Part shown: positions 10,827 to 21,406 of the stretch, piece by piece
How the letters are laid out: each line of letters starts with the position of its first letter
Position numbering within the stretch: the first letter of the stretch is position 1
Source: Podarcis pityusensis
Taxonomy: Eukaryota
DNA: 64,000 nucleotides
Assembly: GCA_964106645.2 (NCBI GenBank)
Contig: OZ067051.1
Direction: 5' to 3' (one strand)
The notes under the pieces: generated by a model
The model's database searches: none
What the model saw: only the letters and a program-made list of their open reading frames with translations
What the model was told of the DNA's origin: nothing
Made by a program: the position numbers and the translations under genes

Positions 10827-13800
10827 GTAAGCCCAGCCTTCAAGAATGCATTCAGATGATTGAAAGTGGTTTCGCTTTCCATGTGGGAGGAGGTGGAGGG
10901 GGAAGTTCACACACGCACGCAGTGCAGCTTATTCATTCACTTTCCAAAAACAACCCTCATCGAGACGTTTTGAAACAATGCAGAAAGACCTGTTTGCCAG
11001 AAGCAACAGTGCAATGATTTTGTGCAAGCAGTGTCACCAAGCCCTTATGTGAAAGTGCTTTCAGTGGGGTGGGGATTATCATTGTCACCATGTCAAGGGG
11101 TGTCTTAGTGAAAGCCAAATGGAGTGTCTGTGCAACTGTGGCACATCCCTCACTGTTAGGGGTGGAAAGGGATTGGAAGGGATGAGCAGGGATTGGAACA
11201 GGATTGTGCAGCCGCTGTGGGATTCAATCCTGTCCTGCTCATTGGCTGACACTACCAGTGATGGGCATGCGATCTCGCAGGTCAAAGTGCAACCCCTGGT
11301 AGGCCAAGGTGGGCCCGCAAGCCAGAGGCTCTCCACCCCTCCCCTATAGTGTCAAGACGCATATTCCGTAGTCTCCAATTGCAAGAATGTCCCTATTTTC
11401 TGTGGGATGTATTATTAAACATTCCCACATTTTCATCTGAGGAATTTTGGAGGGTATGCACCTCCTCACAGCCCGATTGTTTGGGGCAGGGGTTTTTGAG
11501 CCACAAGAAGATGCTGATGGTGTGTGGATGCCCTATCAAGACTGAGTGCTCAAAGCGGGGCGACTAAATGCCTGCTGTGGAAATAGCCTCCGATTCCTTG
11601 GCAAGGGGGTGGGGATCTTCATCCCCTTGCTAGGGATGTCCTACTGTAGGTGACCCATAAGCAAACACCTGCAATGACCAGAATGACCACCCAAAATCCA
11701 CAAGTGGTCAGCACTAGAAGTCCAAAGTTCAATCACAGGGAAGGCCAGGAAGTTGGAATTGGGGGCTTTTAGGCCCGAGCTTCAGAGCACAGCTGCAGGT
11801 GGAGATGGTTCTGACCGAGGCACCTAGATTTAGTAGGTTAGATGGGTTTTGTTTTTTCGGGAGGCAGGCCTACCCACCTCCTCTACCAGAATCAAATATA
11901 TTTCAGTTGTATTGTGGGGTAGGGGACAGATGGGTCTCTGCATCATGCACCCCATCCTGAGCAGCCACATTTGTCTCACCTGTCTCACCTCCAGCTTCAG
12001 CTTGTGGGAATCTCACCTGTTTTGCCGACTACATCCAGACCTTGACATGCATGTGGGGAAATGACCCCCATACCTCCAGCAGAGCTCAGTACCATCTCAC
12101 AGCGACATGGTATGTATGGATGTGGAAGAAGACATGCCGTTGACCCCAGCCCCCTGGAACTTTAGGGCTGCCCCCATGACTTTCACAGGGTTCGGGGGCA
12201 GAATATCGTTCTCTGTGGCTCCCAAATCCTGGCTTTGCCTGGGAGTGGGGCAGGAGTGAATGGCTCCCTTCTCTGCTAACCCCTGGGGCTCCTTGGTACA
12301 CCTTTGTGGACATACTTAACCAGCTGTTTCGGCTGTAGCTGAGTCTGCTCTCTAGCTAATGCTGGTCAGGCTTGTGCCATCAGACAACCCTGCTGCACAT
12401 CTGTGGTGGCTGTGTCTCCTCACAGCTGCCAGGATGGAAGCCACTTTAGCCGCTGAGCCAGAGGGCAGCTCTCTGAGGCCCTCCTTGGCCACTGCCAGCT
12501 CCCTTCACGCCTTCAGCTTTCCTTTCCTTTAAGTCCTTCTGCATCTGGAATGACTAGCAGAGTTTCCCAAAGTTGGGTCTCCAGCTGTTTTCAGACTACA
12601 ATTCCCATAATCCATGACCACTGGTCCTGCTAGCTAGGGATGATGGGAGACCCAACTTTGGGAAATCTTGGACTAGAGCAAGACAGTTTGGATTTGGGGG
12701 GGGGGGGGGTGTGAAGGCTAAGGCAGCCCACCCCAGCCAGCAGGTTCATTCCAGCAAGTGGCTGCTTGGTAGAATGGGGAAAGTGATGAAGCTGGTAGGG
12801 TCTCCATGGGCCATGCAGGGCAGCGTCCTCTTTTTTTAAAATGCAAATTTAATCTCTTTAATTTTTTAAAACATAATCCCATATTCCCAAATACAAAACG
12901 GGTATGCTAAACATTAGGAGGAAGACGCCCACTGTTGCTCATTCTTATCATGGAAGTTCATGGTTTCTCATTATGTCTGAATTGGGCTTAAAAATAGTAA
13001 GTTTGATGGTTTTCAGTGCAGTTGATTTGATAGATCTTGTTAAAAATGGTATTGGAAAATAATTTTATATACAACATTTGGAAAGTCAGGTACATTTAAA
13101 ACCAAGACACAAATGTTTGCTAGTTCTGAATGGTTTGTATCTGTAAACAAAGATCTGTCTTTAAAAATTTGAGCAACAATTTTGAGAGGGAATCTCAAAA
13201 CAATTTCATTTGTAGTCTCCTGTAGTAAAACCAAGCATACAAAAAGAACAGGCCCCATATGCTCATCACCCTTGACAAACACCTGAAACCAAACTACATT
13301 TGAACATAGTAATATGAAAAAAAGAATAGCACTTCCACCACACAAGCTCTTGCTTTGTTTCCAATATGAATTCATCATCCAAAAATTAAAAACAGAGATC
13401 AGTCTTATTTACACATTTTTCCTATTTGTCACCTAATCTCATCAGGATTTAAAGTGAATTAAAATGAATGGGGAACTTCAGTCATCGAAAACTTTGCATC
13501 CCAGGAGAGTAATTTCAGAACATTTATCTTTATTAATTGCGGGTGATAATTGTTTTTCCACTCCCCAGCTACATGTACAGAGTGTCTATACTGTAATGTA
13601 TTCTCAGTTATCTGTTATTTTAAAAGTGTGCAGTATCAGGAAAGCCAGCTCATCCAAATAAGTACTGGAACACCCAAAGACTGGGGCATTAAGGAAACTG
13701 GGAACAAAAAAATTGAAAGCATTCATACCTCTGTAATTCTAAAGGTCATTGTGTAGTTAATAGGAACTGCAAGTTTGTACCTGCTCACAGTAAAAGACTT

Positions 13801-16800
13801 CATTGACAAGCAAAGATATAATGTAAGACAACTGGTCAGTTCAGGAGGCTGTTGGCAACTTATGGACACATACACACAGCTTGGACAGCAGCAGATATGA
13901 ACATATGTTTTTAAAGATGATCATTAAATGTTGCTTTTAATGAAACACCTCAAAACACGCTGATGATATCGTAATAGGGTAATGTATTTATATTCATTTG
14001 AATGCTGCCTGCAGTTGCTTCGAAGCACAGGTTAATAGAGGTCTAAAGGTTACCCTACATACATGCTTTTACAAATGAGTTAAAGACATTCTGTCTCCGC
14101 TTCCTTGTCACTGCCTGCAACACTGCTGTCTGTGGATGCTGTGACATCTTCATTGGTACCCTCGCCATTATCTCCTCTCTCAGCTGCTTCACCCTTTGGG
14201 CCACCCTCAGATGCACTGAACGCCTTCTGGGAGCTGGACAAATGTTTCCGAAGAATCTGCGTCAGATGCTGTTTTTGGCATTTCTGTATTTGGATCACCC
14301 AAAAACTTTTGCCAACCCTTCAGTCTCTCTTCCCTTTCTCTTAAAGTCTCCTTGACGTGATAATCTGTTACACCATCTCATGTCTCCACAGAGAGCTGAC
14401 GTCCACCAAACCATCTCCCGTTGAGTGCATCTTCTTCTTCTGCTTCTTTAAATGACACAGAAGCAACACCACCTGGGTGCCTATCAAATAAAATTACTTT
14501 CTTTACTTGTCCAAACTTTTCACATTCTGTCCGAAGATCTTCTCTTATCTCATTTAGCACTAAAGGATCTTCCTCAAAATCGCTTGGGTGGAACATGTTC
14601 CTGATAATGATAACACACTCGTGCTGCATTCGAACACTGCCATCTTTCTTCTCCGGTCTCCAATCCAGAAGTTTTTGTTGTTGAGACAGCTTCTTCTTGT
14701 AGTCTTTGCATTTCTTTTTCTTCTTGCTGGCATCGTACTCCCCCTTTGGTTGAAACTGTGCAACTTCCACATGCAATTTGTAGCCTCTAATTTCATTTTC
14801 ATCCAATAGTTTGAATGCTAGTTCAACAGATTCTCTCTTTAAGTAGCAGCAGAGCCCATCTCCTTTCAGATTTCCTTCTTTGTCTTTGTAAAGTTTAATT
14901 TTAGGCTCCTCTGTTTGTGGATCACGCATAACATTACCACATTTTGACATAACCTGCACGAACTCATCTTTTGTAATGTCTGGTGGTAAACCTGTCACAT
15001 ATACATTTGTGTTTCTCTGTTCTTCAACATGAAACCATCCTGCGTCAGGTTTTATTCTCTCTCCTTTTGGTTTAAGATCCGTTGCCTGAGATGCTTTTGG
15101 ACCTGTTGCCTGCTGGACCTGGGTAGCCTTTGAATCTGTAGGTGTTTTAGATTCAGTCTTTCTAAGAGATGCAGATGAGCTATCTGAAATTTCAGTGGGA
15201 AAGCCGTAGTTAGCATGATATGTTGCCAGGAAATCTTCAGTAACCTTTGGGAACCAGGCCTTCTTGTCGGGATCCCACTCGTACTGCGTCCCGTCCGCCA
15301 GGTCCGTGTACGTGAAAGGGTCCTCGCCGCCGTCCGCGCCCTCCTTGCCGTACAGCTCCTGCAGCCGCAGCTGCTGGTAGAACAACTCGTTCCGATCCGA
15401 GCCGCCAATACTCATGTTGCGGCCGGAGCCCAGGCTGACGAGGCAGGAAACGCGGGGCGACTCAGCAGCGCCTCACAAGCTAGGCCGCGCCTCAGGCGCC
15501 GCCGCCGCCAACTACTCGGGAGCCGCCAGACTGCACGAAGCCGCTCCGGGCTCCTGAGCGCGGGTCTCGCGCCACGGTTGCCCCAATTGGGGTCCTCTTG
15601 AGCATCATGGCTGCAGCTGGGGGACTTTCCTGGCTCACGGAGGGAGCAACCATGGCCGTCCCACACTGAGCAGGGGCATCTTTGGTGTTCGCAGGGACTG
15701 CGGAGAAGGCGGCAACTGCTCCTTCACTTCCAATGGTGCTGCCGCCGCCGCCGCCGCCCGATTCACCTGCTTTGCAGAGCAAAGTATCTGCTTTGGGAAC
15801 AACAACTTTGAGGTGGTCGTGAAGCTGGGGGATGAGCAACAGCAAGTGTGTAAGAACGAGTTTGTCTTCCAAGAACACTGTAAGTATGGAGGGGGGGTAG
15901 GACTCTGTGTCCGTCTGGACACGTGAGTGGGACTGGGAGGAGGAGGACACACGCAAGGGCTGCTGAGAAAGGGGCTTGTTGCAGCCGGGCTCAGAGACCC
16001 TTCCTCACTTACGGGTGTGGTGGTGGCATTTTTTAAGATTTGGGTTTGTTTACAAGTATGAAGGCAAGGAGTTTTCAAGCTCCTACAGCCAGCTAACCTT
16101 GGGCTGCTTAAACAACCTGGGGCTTTTAAAATGTTTCGACGGGGTTATTCTCCATCTCCACCCCGCCCCCAGCCATTATGTATTTTGTGTTTTTCTGTTG
16201 TAAACTGCCCTGGAATCTTCGGATGGAGGAATGAATGAATGAATGAATATGAATGTGAATGTGAATGAATAACCCACTGCCTTTCATTCAAGCCCAGCAG
16301 CCCCAGATGCTTTCACCTTGCTCCACTTGGAGGCTGGAGGGACATTGCAGGGGCTTCCCCACACAAGTACCCCCTGGGGATTTGGGGGTGTCACTGCTGC
16401 TTCACCCAGTGGGTGGGGGCCAAGTCCTGTCAGCCAGATGCCCTCAGGAGCCCACTTTGACTCTTTCCACAGTTAAGCCATCCCCGCCGTTCAGCCTGAG
16501 GGCTATTGTCTCCCCTGAGGGCTACAACCTCTCCTGGAGCACCATGTACCAGCAAGATGAGTACTTCTACCTGGACACGGAGCTGCAGTATGAGTTGCGC
16601 TACCGGCAGAGGGGACATCCATGGCAGGTAAGCCAGGAGGCAGGGCCAGCCTGAGCTGGATGGCGGCAGGCACCATTTGCCCAGTCAGGCCCTCAGTGGC
16701 TGGCTGGCCACCCTGGAGCTCAGCCCCAAAGTTGCTTCTCTGGACTTGGGCTTCAGGGGCACTGGGAAGTCATGGGGCTCTTTCAGGATCATTTGAGTAA

Positions 16801-19538
16801 CTCCTCTGAATTGCTTTGAAGGTGGCAGAGGTAGGGAGCGTTTCCCAGAATTCCTTCCAGCCCTCTGGCTTCTTCCCTTTCCTGCAGGGACACAACCATC
16901 TTCTGCAGTACACCGAGACCTTGTGGCTCCCCCAGGAGTTCAAAGGGGACACAGACTACGAACTCCAGGTTCGGGCGAAGCCAAGGGAAGACTCCTTATA
17001 CCAGGGCGCTTGGAGCGACTGGAGTCCCAAGACGACCTTGAGGACGCTGCCAAGGGGTGAGTCCCCCCTCCCTCCTCACGAGGGGTCTTGGCTTCTGCCC
17101 ATATAAGGAGGGCTGAACCTTCCCATCAAAGGCCGTTCATAAGCCCCTCTCCCAGTCCAGGGGGGCCTTCTGCACCTTTGAGACCATGAATCCATGGCAG
17201 ATCAGAGGAGCAGCCTCTCTTCTTTCCTGTCAAGTAGACCCCCTCCTGCTACTCTGCTGTCCTAGGAGGGAGCTCTGGCCACAATCCCAGGGAAACTCAT
17301 CTTGACTGAGCCCCAGAGCCCAGCCCACCCTGGCAACCCCCAGTGGAGCTACCAAGAAAAGTAACTGATATTACTGGTTTCCTTCCTTAGCCGTGGAAGA
17401 CAGGCCAGGAGACAAGTGGTCCTTGTGGTTCCTGCTGGTGCTCAGCCCATTGATTGCTCTCGTGGTCTTCCTGGGCTGGCAGCACCAAAGGTGAGTGTGG
17501 GAGTTGGATGCTGGATGCTGGGGTGGCGGGGCTGCCAAGAGCTTCTGGTTGGCCGCAGGCTGCCCACTTCCCAGCTGGATGACCTACCCTACACAGAGAA
17601 AGGAAATGGTGGGTGGGGGATGCATCACCTCCCAAGAAGCCATGCTCAAGTAAGTCTACCAAGCCCACTCCCTCTTTCCCTCAATCTGCAGAGCACCAGC
17701 CATGGGCTTGCTTGCTTGTGGCAGTGGGTGGCTGAGTTCCCTAGAAAGAGAAGCCATGAGGTTCCTTGGACAAGGCAGTTGCTGGGCAGCAAGTCTGAGA
17801 CGCCAATGCCTCAAGGCCTGGCCATGCTCCTAGTCCCTCCCGTGGGTAGTCGGTGAAATGAAGTTTGGGCACTCCCCACAAAAGGCCTCCAGCTCTCCTT
17901 TCCCTCTGGCAGGTTGTGGAAGAAGCTGGACATCTTCATCCCCAGCCCGGCCCCCTTTTTCCAGCCCCTCTACCTGATCCACAATGGAGACTTCAAGGTA
18001 CAAATGACTCCTACCCACCAGACAGGAGGGGGAGGGGAGGGTGTTGGAGTGGCTGTTTGAACTGACCCACAGGCACTTACGGATCCTCCGGGCATCACCC
18101 AAGTCAGAAAGTTCCTGTATGTGTTTGGGGGGGGGGTCCTGCCTCAAGTGCCAGGAGCCTTAAGGCATGGTCGGTGGGAGGGAGGACATCAGGCTGCCTA
18201 ATATTCTGCAGAGAAGTTGGGGACTTGGTGGAGGGGTGGGGGTCTCCTCTTGACACAAGGCCTGCCTTCTCCCCCACCCCAGGCTTCCTCCATGTCCCCT
18301 CCCCACAGCAGGGGCTCTGCCTGCTTCTCTCTCTCACCCCAATTCCCATCCCTATGAGGCAGGATCCTCTCTGAAAAAGTGAGCTCTGGGCAGAGTCCTG
18401 TGGAAATCACATAGCCCTTGGAGCCACCAGGTGCATTACAGGTGGGGAGGAGTTTCCTCTTGGCACAGAAGGATGCCAGGAGATGATGGGGTAGCTGATA
18501 AGAGGGCACTTGGTTGCACAGTCTGGGCTGGAGGAAGGAGCTCCTCTCCTGGGATATGTCCTTCTGAAGGTATGCAATTCCTTCCATTCCCCAGATGGTT
18601 AAAAAAAGGCCCACACCTGCTGTTTCTCTGGCCACAGCCTGCTGACACCTCTCTCTCTCTCTCTCTCCCTCTCTCCTGTGCAGAAGTGGGTGGGCGGCGG
18701 CATCTCCTGCCCCAGAGCCATGCTGGACAACTTTGAATGGAGCACAGCCCTGCTGGATGTGTTTGGGATGGGCCAAAAGCCCCTTCCCCCCAGCCCTGCC
18801 AAGGAGCAGCAGAGTGGGGGCCATGCACCCTCCCCTGCTACATTTGCTTCCCACCTGCCTGGGAGCCAGGATGCCACCCATGATCAGGCCTACGGCCACC
18901 TCTCCATTGACACCGTCACTGTGGCTGGAGAGTTTACCGCCTGCTGCCCGCGGTGCAAGGGGGCCACAGGATGCTGTGCTCTGGAGGAGGGCCAGGACGA
19001 AAGAGACGCCTACCAGGGCATCCTCTTCAATGAGGGCCAGATCTCCGAGAATCTGCTCCTGGTGGACATGGTCCCACCAGCAGCAGCCCAGAGGAAGGCT
19101 TTCTTGTCTGCCTTGGAGTCCTGGTCAGGAGACCCTCTCCTCGAGACTCTTACTCCTTTCTCGCAAGCTGGCGGCTCCCTGGGCAGAAAAAGGTCTGGGA
19201 AGGAGGTGGACTTTTTTGGTTCGCCTCCTGAGCCCTGGACCCTGGAAGGCCTCTTGTCTCCAGAGGAGGAGGACATAGCTTCCTACCGAGACCTGCTCTC
19301 TCCTGACTTGGATGCAGATGGGGACATCCTTGCCAATGGCCTGGATCTGGATACCATTGACAGTGGCTTTGCAGAGTGTGACTGTGGGAGCCCTGTGGAC
19401 TCTGAGTTCGAGAGGAGGCCGACAGGCTGTGGGTCTGAACCCCTCAGTGTGGAAAGCGGAGAGACAGGGGAAGAGCTCCTGCCCAGCTATGTCAAGCAGT
19501 GGGTCTCCTCCTGTCACAACAGAGCGCAGCCCAGTTAA
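10775..19538 (+). CDS. IL21R: Interleukin-21 receptor, 571 aa: join(10775..10826,11995..12109,15695..15879,16473..16627,16888..17056,17391..17490,17913..17997,18684..19538)
   Basis: All phases are compatible (1716 nt). Signal peptide, CFADYIQTLTC, WSDWS, TM, Box1 IPSPAPFFQPLY, YGHLSIDTVTV, GLDLDTIDSGF and terminal SYVKQWV (human SYLRQWV). Confidence 0.95.
11995..12109 (+). CDS. IL21R: IL21R coding exon 2
   Basis: (A)SACGNLTCFADYIQTLTCMWGNDPHTSSRAQYHLTAT(W)|gtatgt; alternative in-frame acceptor at 12000. Confidence 0.9.
12558..12670. mobile_element. Palindromic hAT-type MITE
   Basis: Inverted repeats tttcccaaagttgggtctcc / ggagacccaactttgggaaa; gactag on both flanks. Confidence 0.7.
12833..15591 (-). 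pseudogene. HTATSF1: Processed (intronless) HTATSF1/Tat-SF1 retrocopy: 5' UTR 15591-15416, ORF 15415-14378, disrupted C-terminal coding region to 14080, 3' UTR to the poly(A) remnant at ~12837
   Basis: YEWDPDKKAWFPK, RRM1 (NVYVTGLPPDIT; GDGLCCYLKRESV) and UHM (IIRNMF...GRWFGGR). No introns. TGA replaces W in VET*DGVTDY; a frameshift follows downstream. ATTAAA signals, A tail, 8-bp TSD GTCCTCTT at 12825-12832 and 15592-15599. Confidence 0.93.
14378..15415 (-). CDS. HTATSF1: Uninterrupted 345-aa ORF of the HTATSF1 retrocopy (coding status unknown)
   Basis: ATG-to-TGA open frame covering the N-terminal region, RRM1 and most of the UHM. Confidence 0.4.
   Translation of the reverse strand: MSIGGSDRNELFYQQLRLQELYGKEGADGGEDPFTYTDLADGTQYEWDPDKKAWFPKVTEDFLATYHANYGFPTEISDSSSASLRKTESKTPTDSKATQVQQATGPKASQATDLKPKGERIKPDAGWFHVEEQRNTNVYVTGLPPDITKDEFVQVMSKCGNVMRDPQTEEPKIKLYKDKEGNLKGDGLCCYLKRESVELAFKLLDENEIRGYKLHVEVAQFQPKGEYDASKKKKKCKDYKKKLSQQQKLLDWRPEKKDGSVRMQHECVIIIRNMFHPSDFEEDPLVLNEIREDLRTECEKFGQVKKVILFDRHPGGVASVSFKEAEEEDALNGRWFGGRQLSVET
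15620..15630 (+). promoter_or_regulatory. Canonical NF-kB site GGGGACTTTCC, with adjacent E-box CAGCTG at 15614-15619
   Basis: Exact match to the Ig-kappa enhancer kB sequence; function untested. Confidence 0.45.
15695..15879 (+). CDS. IL21R: IL21R coding exon 3
   Basis: ttcgcag|G; DCGEGGNCSFTSNGAAAAAAARFTCFAEQSICFGNNNFEVVVKLGDEQQQVCKNEFVFQEH|gtaagt; phase 2 to phase 1 bridges the flanking exons. Confidence 0.88.
16473..16627 (+). CDS. IL21R: IL21R coding exon 4
   Basis: (F)KPSPPFSLRAIVSPEGYNLSW...ELQYELRYRQRGHPWQ|gtaagc. Confidence 0.93.
16888..17056 (+). CDS. IL21R: IL21R coding exon 5 (WSXWS)
   Basis: ...DYELQVRAKPREDSLYQGAWSDWSPKTTLRTLPR|gtgagt. Confidence 0.93.
17391..17490 (+). CDS. 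IL21R: IL21R coding exon 6 (transmembrane)
   Basis: VEDRPGDKWSLWFLLVLSPLIALVVFLGWQHQ(R)|gtgagt. Confidence 0.9.
17913..17997 (+). CDS. IL21R: IL21R coding exon 7 (Box1)
   Basis: LWKKLDIFIPSPAPFFQPLYLIHNGDFK|gtacaa. Confidence 0.93.
18684..19538 (+). CDS. IL21R: IL21R terminal coding exon
   Basis: A (CT)n pyrimidine tract precedes cag|KWVGG...SYVKQWVSSCHNRAQPS*. Confidence 0.95.
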   Translation, partial: KWVGGGISCPRAMLDNFEWSTALLDVFGMGQKPLPPSPAKEQQSGGHAPSPATFASHLPGSQDATHDQAYGHLSIDTVTVAGEFTACCPRCKGATGCCALEEGQDERDAYQGILFNEGQISENLLLVDMVPPAAAQRKAFLSALESWSGDPLLETLTPFSQAGGSLGRKRSGKEVDFFGSPPEPWTLEGLLSPEEEDIASYRDLLSPDLDADGDILANGLDLDTIDSGFAECDCGSPVDSEFERRPTGCGSEPLSVESGETGEELLPSYVKQWVSSCHNRAQPS

Positions 19539-20179
19539 AAGCACAGAGGGGGAAGCAGGAGCTGAGCACCTGTCGAGGCCACCGTGAAGCTCCTTCACTC
19601 CTTGCAAAGATCTATGGGTCTTGCTTGGACGCTCAGCTTTCTCCTGCATAAGAGAGACATAAGCAGGGAAGCCTTTGCTGCCACTACCAGACACCTCCTC
19701 CTTTGCACCGGGAGACCCACCCACCCCAGGACTGGAAGCTGCTTTTACCCCTCCTTGGCAAATTCCTCTTTTTTTCTTAAAAAAGTTAATATTTTTACAA
19801 AGGCTGTGAAATCTTTGGATGAAGTTCGGAGTGTCAACTACAAAGCAGATTTCAAGTTCCAAGCCACAGGGGGTGCACATGGGTGGGGTGGGGTGAGCTG
19901 GGCACAGAGAGGGAGACATGCCCATCACATTTGCTCCACCCCTTTGGTGGGAAAAAAATTGTAGTCTTCAAAGCCAGCATCAATCAGGAGGAGGCCCCCC
20001 ACCAAAGCTGGACTCTGCAGCAGCAGCAGCAGCTACACTCCATGAAGAGCCCCAGAGGACCCCCAACCTTCCCCCTCCCTCTTTTCTTAACCTTTCCTCC
20101 TCTTTTGGGGGGCCACCACATTTCAGGCTGTGAGCCCTGGGCAGAGACCAATTATGTTGGCATTTGTTGTATAGCACTT

Positions 20180-20185
20180 AATAAA
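20180..20185 (+). other. IL21R polyadenylation signal AATAAA
   Basis: About 640 nt after the stop, followed by a GT-rich downstream element. Confidence 0.6.
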
Positions 20186-21160
20186 GAAGGTCTATCACAG
20201 TTGTGCTGATTTGTGTGACTAGTGGGACGTGTGCATGGCCATTGCTTGGGGGAGTGAAGGCCAAGGCAAAAGGGGAGAAAAAGGAGTCAGGGAGGGCAGA
20301 GTTTCCCCCACAAAGGCAAGTCCAAGCCTGAATTGGAAACTGAAAAGCAGCTGGTGGGTCTGGGATAGGGTGGAGGGGTTACTATTGCACATAATAATAT
20401 TGCGTAGCTTGAAGCAATTGGATGCATAAAAGCTGACTCCTTTCGGAATAAAAATTGCCCAGACCCATAAATATGATTCAGAGCTTTACTAACCAGAACT
20501 TCTTCAAAACTGGTACAGTACAAAAACAAATAATGATAACTCCAAATAATTCCATAAGACTTGTCCAAGCATAGGCTCAATATCTTAGAAATATGACTCT
20601 AAAGAGACCTAGAATCAAAGGTCTCTCCCTACAATCTCCATTAGCCTGGAGTTGTATTTCATGGAAAGACTTATTGCACATCTTTCTTCCACTATTCCTG
20701 GGAAATAAAAAACCAAAGACAGCTCCCTTCAAAATGGAGATTTGCAATTGAATACTGTAAACATCTGGTCTAAGGTTAAACACTCACATGAAAGGGGCAG
20801 AGAGCATTAACAGTTAATCATTAACCCAGCTAGAAGCTTAGAGAGCTTTAGCATCCCCCCAATGGAATTTTCCAGTGTTAAACCCTTAGCAATATACATG
20901 CAGACATTCTCCATTTCATTCTGCAATTAAACAATTCTACTCAACATTTAACTTGGTGATAAACTTCATTTCTTTGTTTCATTCAAGAACCTCTTTCTGG
21001 GAAACGTGCCAAAGCGTTTTAACAATCATGGCATATTAAAAAAATATTTCAAACCCAGGACAGATGCAGGCTGGAATAAGAATCCCCCCTTGCTACTTTA
21101 TGTTATTGTTTATTTATATGCCACCTTTTAGCCAGAAAGGCTCCCAAGAATTAGCAGATA

Positions 21161-21406
21161 CAGTCATATCTCGGGTTGCAAACGCTGTGGGTTGCGCATT
21201 TTTGGGTTACGGACCACACCAAACCCGGAAGTACCGGAACGGGTTAATTGACGAGTTTTGATCCTCGTGCATGCGCAGGAGCACTAAATCACACTTTGCA
21301 CATGCGCAGAAGCACCAAATTGTGTCATGCACGTGCGCAGATGCAACGCTGCAGGTTGCGAACGTGCCTCCCGCACGGATCACGTTCGCAACCCGAGGCA
21401 TGACTG
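21161..21406. mobile_element. Tc1/mariner (pogo/Tigger-like) MITE, 246 bp
   Basis: ta|cagtcatatctcgggttgc ... gcaacccgaggcatgactg|ta. Confidence 0.85.

Noticed and set aside
14378-15415. Calling this the parental HTATSF1 gene
   Set aside because: It is intronless with a poly(A) remnant, TSD, premature stop and frameshift.
18198-19928. Long minus-strand ORFs (233 aa and 267 aa)
   Set aside because: Antisense shadows of the GC-rich IL21R terminal exon; no recognisable domain.
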